Origin: Dimargaris cristalligena | Lineage: Eukaryota | Assembly (NCBI GenBank): GCA_003614675.1 | Contig: ML002285.1 | Coordinates: 1-47,838, forward strand | Length of the DNA: 47,838 bases | Reading direction: 5' to 3' | Shown: positions 11,473 through 20,436 of the stretch, piece after piece | Numbering within the stretch: the stretch's first letter is position 1 | Layout of the letters: each line of letters opens with the position of its first letter | Notes under the pieces: model-generated | What the model saw: only the letters and a program-made list of their open reading frames with translations | Database searches by the model: none | Told to the model about the DNA's origin: nothing | Translations under genes and position numbers: made by a program

Positions 11473-13222
11473 CTAATCCTCGAGCGTCATACGAACTGGT
11501 GGGTAATTGGAGTAGTCAATCTTTTCGTCTTCTTGGCCTTGGACTAATGAAATGCGAGGAAACATATAGGTAAAGCAGGGAGTAAAAAAATAAAATACCA
11601 AGAAGTTAGTCAAATGGTCGGCAATCCCGGCCATCTTTGAATCGAATTTGTGGAGGGTGGTGGATTTACAACCCGCCTATACCAACGCAACGGGCCAATA
11701 GCCGAGCCCTACCCAATACATTGGCTAAAATAGAGCACGGATAGTATAGCTAACGGTACTAATAAAAATATATAATATCTATATATTTGGCAAGTGAATG
11801 AGAGCATCGTGTAAAAATAAGAGTTGGCGGGTATACTTACAGTGGTCTTTCAAGCCGCGGTTGAAATTCCGATAACAAATGACGGTTTGAATGAGGGTAA
11901 GCACCGAGGCGGATAGCGAAACGACGGCGAAAAAGGTCAAGAATTTACTGGTATGGAGATAGCGCTGGGCCTGGCTAGGTTGATAGATGCGTACCAGGCG
12001 GTAGATGAAATAGGCCATGCAGGCTAAGAGACCAACCATGAAGAGTAGCATGATGCCCTTGTTTTCGTACCGTACAGCATAGACAGCGAGCAGCAGAACT
12101 ATTAGAGTGACGGGGACGACGGCCACAGTAAGCCACAGCTCCACCGCAGAGGAACGAAGGACCAGGATGATGAATTGAATGGCGTAACCAACGAAAAAGA
12201 AGGCATCCAGTTTGATGAGGAGGACAAACACATGGTAGGCCCGGTACATGCCTTCGGAGTGTCAAATGGCCCAGAGATTAAGGGGGAAGGAGAAGGAAGC
12301 GGACAGAGGGGGCACCAACAGAGTCGGTGGCAGGTTACCGCGTACGAGCGAGTGTAACAAAAAATACATGGGGAAGAGGAAGAGATTGGTGAGTGATTAG
12401 CAAATATGAAGAAGATACCAAAGGGGCGGCGCGGTGCAGGTAAAATATTCGGTCACTGTGGCACACTCGCTGTACCCAAGGGCCGTGGGCGGAGTGAGAT
12501 GGCGGTACTAAATAGCACATGCGTCAGCTGCATGTAAAGCACAGTTAGGCTGCCCTAGCTGGCGTAGCCCGGTAAGGAAGAAGTCCCAATTGTGTAGAGA
12601 GGAGGGGGCAGCATTGGAACGCCTCCCTAACCGCCACACTTTCCCGGGGCGACAAGGACCTAGATTACCCCTGCCAATGGCAAGAATGGATATGTAATTA
12701 ATATGAGGGGGGGTGGCAATACTTACGTCGAATAGAGGCATTAGCGCCAATCTGCTTGAAAATATCCCAGCCAAAGTCATGGTGGAGACGAATACCAAGC
12801 CAAATGTAGACAAGCGAAGCGGTGCCTACGATGCAGGGTATGACGATAAGGAATGGCCGCATATTATCGAACATTACGGCGAACCGCTCGGGGTCGAGAT
12901 TAGTGAGCTCGTTGATTTGGAAGAATTGGAACACACTGTAGCTGAAGATACAGAGGTTGAAGACTATCACCCCAATCAGCTGAATGCTATTGCGGTGCTT
13001 GACGGCGTCCCAGGACATCATCAGTAGGTAGACCTGGGCGGTCACGAACAGAATGAGGTAAATGGGGATGCCCTTGTCGGTGTTTTCACTGTCGAAGGGT
13101 TGGTCCACAGTGGAAAAGAAGTAGTAGGCGACCATGGCCTCCATCACGACGACGATGATGGTTTCGATCACGGAGACCACCAGGGTGGCCATGATGGTCC
13201 GCGAAGTGATCACCTTCCCCAT
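11473..13222 (-). CDS. Multi-pass membrane protein, UPF0658 Golgi-membrane-like fungal family; exons 13222-12727, 12251-11841, 11543-11473 (325 aa)
   Basis: Two ORF pieces are joined in frame by GTAAGT...AG introns. Motifs WDAVKHRNSIQLIG, FGWDIFKQIGA, LLIKLDAFFF, AVRYENK and CYRNFNRGLK, a terminal RMTLED*, and about 7 hydrophobic segments. Confidence 0.85.
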
Positions 13223-15324
13223 GGTGACTTAGACTGAACCGGGGGAGGGGTTGTATGCGGGGCGGTTATAGACAATAGCCGAGAAGCAGCCCTCCGAATA
13301 TATATATGTGTGTGTGTGTGGATGGGTGGGTGTGTATATGCAAAATGAAGTCGGTAAAGGACACCAAAACAATAGTAAAGATGTATCGATAGAGCAGCCA
13401 GTCACCTTTTGGGGCGCTAGTAGAACTAATAGATAGCTTAAATAAACGACGGCAACAGACCACGCGGCTGGCGGTACAGGCAGTAGTGGAAAAAGACAGA
13501 GAAAGGGGCAATAACCCACTTCGGAGAGGCCGAGTAACAGGGAATCGGGGAAGAATGTAACACGCACTAGTGGACAGTAAAGGACAAGCGGGAATGAGGG
13601 ACACACAGAGAGAGAATACTAAGACTAAGAATAAGAATAATGAAAGTAGGAGAAGGGGAAAGAGGTCATGCAGTAGGCACCAGCCGGAGTTTGGCTGGAT
13701 ATATCTCTCTCACGCGGCCGAGAAAATCCAAGAGTATAGTAGAGCAGCGCTAAAGAAGCCGAGCAAATGCTACTAAATAGCTGGAGGAAGCATACACCAA
13801 CATAATATGTTGGTGTATGCGTACCACTGGTTGGGGTCAACGCATGCTCACTGGGCTCGTTTAATTGGTGGCCGCGGCATTAGCCAATATGTCGCCTCGT
13901 TGCAGCGGGTATATAATACGTTAATAATCAATAACATTGAAGATGAAAAAAAAACCCGCCAGCCTATTATATATCTTATTGTAAAAGCCCCTGCCAATAA
14001 ACGAATAAAAGCCGGGTCAGTCAAAATATCGCACCTCGTTCTCTCCACCATGAGAAACGGTGCGGTGCGAGCGTTGCTCTAAAGCTCAGTCCATACTCCC
14101 CCTCCCGCTGCCATTGGGATTATCCTTCTCAAAGTGGATAGTCCCCAACTGGGTAATCGTGCGTACGGCTGAAGGGGAGAGTGACTCTATGGATTCCCCC
14201 CCAATCACTTCCCCAACTCCGCTCCTAAACAAACCCCTAGTTATCAGCGCTGTGCGACTACAGTCAGGCGCCATGTCGCTCGGCAATGTAATTTCACAGC
14301 CCCGTTGAAAGGTAGCCCGGCTCTTCCCCACAGATTTAGCCATAGCGCGCCCAGGATTCTATTTTTAGTTCGCGATTGAGCTGGAATGGTTTCTTTTTCA
14401 ACGCCCACCCATACCTTCCTCAATTCACAATCCCCGCTAGGCATTATCCCGCAACCACCCCCAATCCAGTCGATTTACTACTCCCTCGTCTGACACCCGA
14501 TGGACGGTCACTAAGTGTATCCACTGGATCACCGTCGTATTCCCAGAAGTCGCCCTGCCTGGTTTCACCCCATATCGTTTCTTCCCTACAGCTCCAGCTA
14601 CTGTAGCCCTCCCAGCTGTGCAGAGGACCAGCTGACCAACTTATTCCCAATAGGGCCAAAGCCACATAAACAACCTTCCAATTCACTTCTCACCACCAGC
14701 TCATTTCACTAACCCTATGCCTACTGCTATACATTACGGTGGGTTGCACCACCACACCCATGGTTTAAGCAGATTTCCATGAACTGCGCCTAACCACTGG
14801 GTGTCATACATTTTAGCAAGAACGAAAAAGCGGCATGTGGCCTTTGCGATAAAACGTTGGGTGAGCGATTTAATATAATTTGATTAGGCTAAATACGGGG
14901 ACGAGACTTGTGTGCTGAAGCCGCGGTAAATAGAGAAAATACCTAACGGGCCAGGCCATAAGGGAGCATAGTCCACCTGAAAATCATTTTGGAGAAGGCC
15001 CCAGCAGTGTCTCCACTGCATTAATCAACCCCCTGTGCTACAGCTCTGATTGAAATCGCCAAATTTTGGAAAATATCTAATGAGGTGGTTGTGTTATGAA
15101 GTTACAACCAGCTCTACCCAGGCGCTCACAAAAATCACCCCTTCCCATCTCTCTCCCCTGCCTTGGGGTATCTACTTTACTTTACTTGCGGTAGCGGTGG
15201 TTTTCAACTACTCGTAACTGGGCGGAATTAATAACCCCATCCTAGAACGCATCATTTTTGCACATCCAAGCCCCAGGACCCTTGTCCTTCTAATTGAACT
15301 AAAAAACCGAATAAGTCCGTATAG

Positions 15325-15348
15325 CCCAAATCCCAAATCCCAAATCCC
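15325..15348 (-). repeat. (GGGATTT)3GGG tandem repeat, canonical G-quadruplex pattern, downstream of the secreted orphan gene
   Basis: Plus strand cccaaatcccaaatcccaaatccc. Confidence 0.85.
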
Positions 15349-15458
15349 TGAACCCCATATCATTATAAATCAGCCCAGGCGGCTTTTATTATCAAAATAC
15401 ACAACCAAATCTCACTTGGCCCTTCAACCCATGTGCCCTCCTCCCTTCCCCTTAATCG

Positions 15459-16082
15459 TTAGAATCGCACCGACTGTGTGAGGTCGGGCATGCACCTTGC
15501 GACCACCTTCCCCTTCTTCGCGTTATTCCGGTCCAGTTTCCCCCTTAACCAATGAACCAGCCGCGTGGCCCACGAGTCCAATTTCCGGGCCGGCAGAATC
15601 CCCTTGGTATACTGGTAATAAAAATTCACCTCCAGGAACTCTTCGTCGCGCAACGAAAACAGCTGCTCCCACCACCGACGACGGTCGTAGCACAGGCCTT
15701 CCTTGAGGAAACGGCGGGTAAGAAAATAGATGGCCAGGTCGAATCGGCTCGGTTGGGCCCAGCGGCGCAGCTTCCGGTCCTGCTGGTAGTCGTGGAAAGT
15801 CGTGGAAAGCTTGAGGCGTAAATCGTCCAAGTGTTTTTTAACCGGCTCGAGTTGGGTTTGCAGGCTGGAGGTGAGGCTGAGGTTCGGGAGGGCCCAGGCT
15901 CCACTGGAGGAGCCCGAAGCGGTGGAGGTGGTGGATGAGGACGGGCAGCTGGGCTTGGGCTCGAGCGAACAAATGGTGGCTTTGGTGTCCGGCAGGGGCT
16001 GGCTGTAGATAACCGACGGGGATGTCAGCATCACCAGGCCCATGGTCAGTAAAAGGTAGCCGGTAAGGGAAGGTGTCCGCAT
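15459..16082 (-). CDS. Secreted protein of unknown function (207 aa)
   Basis: ATG start, signal-peptide-like N-terminus (MRTPSLTGYLLLTMGLVMLTSPSVIYSQP), Ser-rich linker, basic Trp-rich C-terminal half, coding-like GC bias, and TATAAATA about 230 nt upstream. Confidence 0.7.
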   Translation of the reverse strand: MRTPSLTGYLLLTMGLVMLTSPSVIYSQPLPDTKATICSLEPKPSCPSSSTTSTASGSSSGAWALPNLSLTSSLQTQLEPVKKHLDDLRLKLSTTFHDYQQDRKLRRWAQPSRFDLAIYFLTRRFLKEGLCYDRRRWWEQLFSLRDEEFLEVNFYYQYTKGILPARKLDSWATRLVHWLRGKLDRNNAKKGKVVARCMPDLTQSVRF

Positions 16083-16311
16083 GGTTATAATTTTAAAGTA
16101 GTAGGAGCTGAAGGGTGTGAGAATCTATTAGGCCCTAAACTGAGACTGTTGGGATGGGATATATTCATAAACTAGGTGTGTGTGATTTTGGGGGAATTGT
16201 AGGCTGGAAGTTGCGCCGATAAAATCTATAAAACTTAATAGTTCGGTCGCGGAGAGATTGTAAATAAAATACCCAAATGAGTCCTCATCGAGTTGGCGAC
16301 TCAAGGGACGG

Positions 16312-16319
16312 TATTTATA
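16312..16319 (-). promoter_or_regulatory. Putative TATA box of the secreted orphan gene
   Basis: TATAAATA on the minus strand (plus tatttata), about 230 nt upstream of the ATG at 16082. Confidence 0.4.
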
Positions 16320-17692
16320 AGGCTGCTGTTATAACTGAGCACTGGCCAAACGTACAAAGCGCTAATAATACAATAACACGGAAGATACTGAAGTCGCCTG
16401 ACCCTCCAGTTGTTTTTTTTGGTCCTACATGTTAAAGTCAAGCCCTTTGTAGGATTTTGGATGATAATAAAAAAAATAAAACAGCGATTGGGCTAACGCC
16501 TTGATTGACTATAATCCGTATCTCCCGTCCACTGTGGTATTTATTTTGGTGCAACTATCCTCCCTTCCCTAATTGGGGAACCCCTTAAGTGCTCAAGGAT
16601 TTTTGGACTGGAGTGGATTAAGTTGGGGTATCGGGAAGCGGAATTCCCTATCAGCATTTCGTGGATAATCTGGCATGGTCTGATCGGTGTTGTTACCCGT
16701 ATTTCACCGAGCGATGTCGACTGTTTTTATATATATATATTTAAACATGTATGATACATACATATGATAGATATGTACCATTATGCTTTTTATTACTTTA
16801 AACATTAATATATTTTCATATGCCAACCATTTTAATTCATGTCGGACAAATAGGAGCCACAGGAGTGTTGAATAATATGTGTAGCCCAATCCCTATCAAT
16901 GGGAGAGGAGCGGAGGGGATACACCCGTCAAGCACCGACTGGCTAACAACCATTCTGCAGCAGCGGGGACTGGGATGGATGGTGGTGGTACAGGAGCCGC
17001 AAGGGCCATACGGGATGGAATGCGTTTCTGATTCCTTATACGTTGTTGAAAAAATCATCCGATTTTTTTAATTTGGGTAGTTTGTCCCGATGAATCAATT
17101 ATACGAGAAAAGAGGTGGCGGATTAATCAGACCATTACGTCAAACCGTGGCTGGGGCTCGGACTAATTGGTAATTATTAGGGATACTAAGACCCATTCGG
17201 TCTACCTTGGTCATCATTCCTGGAGGGGGGGGGGGATGTACATGAATGGCAAACCGTCTTTTAATTATCAGTTCAATCGCTGTAGACTTACCCAATTTGG
17301 CATTGAGGAATATCTAGTGGTGACTAGGCTGCCAGCTAACCAGCTAACTTATAGCCTGCGGTCTTATTATATTTACTTACCGCCCCCTCAAAAAATCTAC
17401 GATTAGGAAACCGCTAATCGTTTCAGTTGGTAAATGGGCGACGCCATTCACATGACCTACATGAAATTCCCCACCGCGGGTAATCTTAAAGTGCTATTAT
17501 TATTAAGGATTAAACACGGTCCTTTGAATCGAAAATATAGATGATGTGGTTATAATCATACACAATGCCACAGTTTAGGTACCACTGGTTTCTTGCAGTG
17601 GGGCTAGTGGGGGGATAAGGTTATGGTATATAAAATATATTGATACTATTGATACTAATGTGAATACTATAAGGGACAGGGAAAGGCATGGC

Positions 17693-19567
17693 CTACAAAG
17701 TCGTAAACAAGGACTCGCTATCCGCCGGTCTAACGCAAAGTCGGTAAAAGTCAGACACGAGGTATAATGAGCCGCATAGCACAATACCACTTGATTCGTA
17801 CCAACGCGTGTTCCGGATCAGTTGTAGGGCATCGGGCAGGGATAGGCAGGGGAGAACACTTTCGAGGGCGCTTGTATTAGCCAAGGGCAGAGTCTGGCGG
17901 ACCTCTTCAGCCAAGGCACCGGGCTCCATGCAACGCACCCAGGGCATACCCTGCGGCTGAGTGAAGGGGACAATCAGCAGACGGTCGCCGGGTCGGACGA
18001 GCTGCTTGATAATATCCAGTGCGGCCTTACCCTCAGAACTGGCGTAAATCCAAGTCACGGGAAAGGCGGAGACCGTGAGATCAGCAGTTGAGGGAGAGGG
18101 TGATGTGGTATTAATATCAAGCGGGGGAGTGCTAGTAGTAGTAGTGGTGGTGGTGGCGGTTGCTATGATATCAGCGACGATGTTCGATATTGAAGGTGGG
18201 TGGGGTTGTAGAGCGGGGGATGCGGGCGAAGATGCCGCAGTTGAGCCCGACCGGCGCAGAATCGAGGCGCACAACGGCCGCCATTCCTCGTCTACGAACA
18301 GACTGAGGGCCATCGCTGAGTCCATATTGTGGGCTCCGTCGATTAGCATTTCGACTTCGGGGGCGAATCCCCCGGGAAAGGGTCGGGTTTCCAGTCGGCC
18401 CGGCCAGTGGCACTGGGCCATTCCAGTTTGGATGGCTTCGTCGGGGATTGCCATATGATAGACACGACGCAGGGCGTCGACTGCGTGAATGGCGGCGGCG
18501 AAATTGGCCAGTTGGAACGAGCCCAGTAGGGGTGAGTCGAAGTATAGATCGGGGCGGGGGGTTGTTGAAGAGGCGGAGGTAGTGGCTAGGTTCAACGTGA
18601 GCGGTAGGGGAGGTACAGAACCTAGGGATAAGGAGGATGCCACCGATACGGGGGAGGCGGCTCCCGACATGGCCAGGGGGGGTGACCGACTACCGGAATG
18701 CGGGGGACTTGCACTCGGGGGCGAATGGTGGTGGTGATGGTGCCGCTGCCGGGAAGAAGGGGGCCCAGTGCTGGGGGACGGTCCTACGAGTTGGACTTGA
18801 TCGGCCCAACGGAGCACATAGCGGCAGTTTCCGGTGGGCGGACTAGGCGGGTGGTCCTCGATAATATTGGCCGGGTCGGTGGTATCCCCGGTTAGTTCGG
18901 ATACCCGGTGGGCGGGCCGCACCAATAGGGCCAGCCCCGGCTGGATGGTCCGGATCTCCCGTTCCAGCACTTCGAGCACGGCCGGGTAGGACTGGTCCGC
19001 CACAATAACGACCCGACCGGGCACGAAAATACCGCTCTTTTCGTGGGCGATTTCCCCCAAGCTGTTACCGATTAACCCGACGTGGTCTAGACCAATGGAA
19101 GTCAGCACGCTCACCAGCACCGAGTCACGGCACACACTGGTTGCGTCCCGCCGGCCGCCCACGCCCACCTCCAGAATGGCAAAGTCGATTTGGCGCTCGG
19201 CAAACCAGAGAATAGCGGTACAGGTCAAACGCTCGAAATGGGTCAACCGCACAGGGGCACTACTACTACTCAAGGAGAGTTCGGCCTCCGTAATACGAGT
19301 CTGGAGGCGGGACCAATCCTCGGAGGAAATCGGGGTATAGTTGATGGCAATACTATCCCGGGGGTCGAGGAGGTGCGGCGAGTTAAACGTTCCGACAGTA
19401 AAGCCCGCGGCGCGGAGAATGGAGGTCAGACAGGCGCAGACCGAACCTTTGCCGTTGGTGCCGCCCACTTGAATGACGCGCAGGCTGCGTTCAGGGTGAC
19501 CCAGGCCCTCCAGCACCTGGGTCAAGTTCACACACGAGAGGTTGATGCCGGCGGGAACGGACGCCAT
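17693..19567 (-). CDS. FOL3: FolC-family ligase (dihydrofolate synthetase, FOL3-like, or folylpolyglutamate synthase) with low-complexity insertions
   Basis: P-loop QVGGTNGKGSVC, FNSPHL, THFERLT, LEVGVGGRRDATS, IGLDH, EIAHEKSGI, FQLAN, WPGRL, LIDGAHN and CGSLYLVSD. The family is secure; FOL3 versus MET7 is inferred from FNSPHL and GSLYLV. Confidence 0.88.
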   Translation of the reverse strand: MASVPAGINLSCVNLTQVLEGLGHPERSLRVIQVGGTNGKGSVCACLTSILRAAGFTVGTFNSPHLLDPRDSIAINYTPISSEDWSRLQTRITEAELSLSSSSAPVRLTHFERLTCTAILWFAERQIDFAILEVGVGGRRDATSVCRDSVLVSVLTSIGLDHVGLIGNSLGEIAHEKSGIFVPGRVVIVADQSYPAVLEVLEREIRTIQPGLALLVRPAHRVSELTGDTTDPANIIEDHPPSPPTGNCRYVLRWADQVQLVGPSPSTGPPSSRQRHHHHHHSPPSASPPHSGSRSPPLAMSGAASPVSVASSLSLGSVPPLPLTLNLATTSASSTTPRPDLYFDSPLLGSFQLANFAAAIHAVDALRRVYHMAIPDEAIQTGMAQCHWPGRLETRPFPGGFAPEVEMLIDGAHNMDSAMALSLFVDEEWRPLCASILRRSGSTAASSPASPALQPHPPSISNIVADIIATATTTTTTTSTPPLDINTTSPSPSTADLTVSAFPVTWIYASSEGKAALDIIKQLVRPGDRLLIVPFTQPQGMPWVRCMEPGALAEEVRQTLPLANTSALESVLPCLSLPDALQLIRNTRWYESSGIVLCGSLYLVSDFYRLCVRPADSESLFTTL

Positions 19568-20436
19568 ACGTCACAGAGGGATAATGTATAGAGGTAGGAC
19601 AAGGGAATGCCTAAAGGGAGAAGAGGGCTGGAAAGGAATGAGAAACTTAGTGAAACCTAAGCCAACGGGACTATGAGGTCAGTGAATAAAATAAAAGGGT
19701 AAAAGAATACTCAATGGGAGTGTGCAAAGGAACAAAGGTGTGTAAGAATGAGAAAGAGCAAGGGAGGAGGGGCAAAAGGCTCTTATGCCCTCAGCAACTT
19801 CGGAGTTATCAAGAGCTGGCTGAGAAGAGGGGAGAGGGCCCTGCTGTATTCTGGGCGCAGCAACCCTTTCCCACTGAGCAATCACAACATATCCCGGCCG
19901 AGGCCTCTCGGTCACACGCCCAATCCCCGAGTCTGGGATATGGGATATGGGGCTGCAGGCGAGAATAGGGATGGGTTGCTCCCAACTTTGTCCAGTCAAA
20001 TCTAGTTAATGGGGTCCAAAGTGAAGGCGGGCGTGGTCAAAGGAATGATTTATTAATGAATATGAATGGGGCATATGCCAACTAAGGGTATTTAGTATAT
20101 TGGGCTAGCTGAAAGGCAGGGGGGGTTGGGAATGATCCACAGTGGATAGAACAACACACAAAGTGGATGCGATGGAATGGCCAGCGAGTGGAGTGGCATG
20201 TAATAATTATGAATCTAGCAATCAATGGGAATATGAGGAATGGTAATAAGAATAGTAAGGATAATAATCCAAGCAACGGTAAAAGTAGTCACGGGAATAG
20301 TCAGGGCGCATTTAAAAGTACGCCCATATAGGCAAATGATTGGCCGGGAATTCCAACATCTACCATATGTGGAGGTACGGGGAGGAAGTTCTAGATTAGA
20401 CCCATCGGCCCTTTTCCCTCCCACCAACCCCAACCA

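Noticed and set aside
15750..15780. RKLR (RxLR-like) motif in the secreted orphan
   Set aside because: It lies about 100 residues from the N-terminus in an Arg/Leu-rich region, and RxLR is too degenerate to be informative in fungi.
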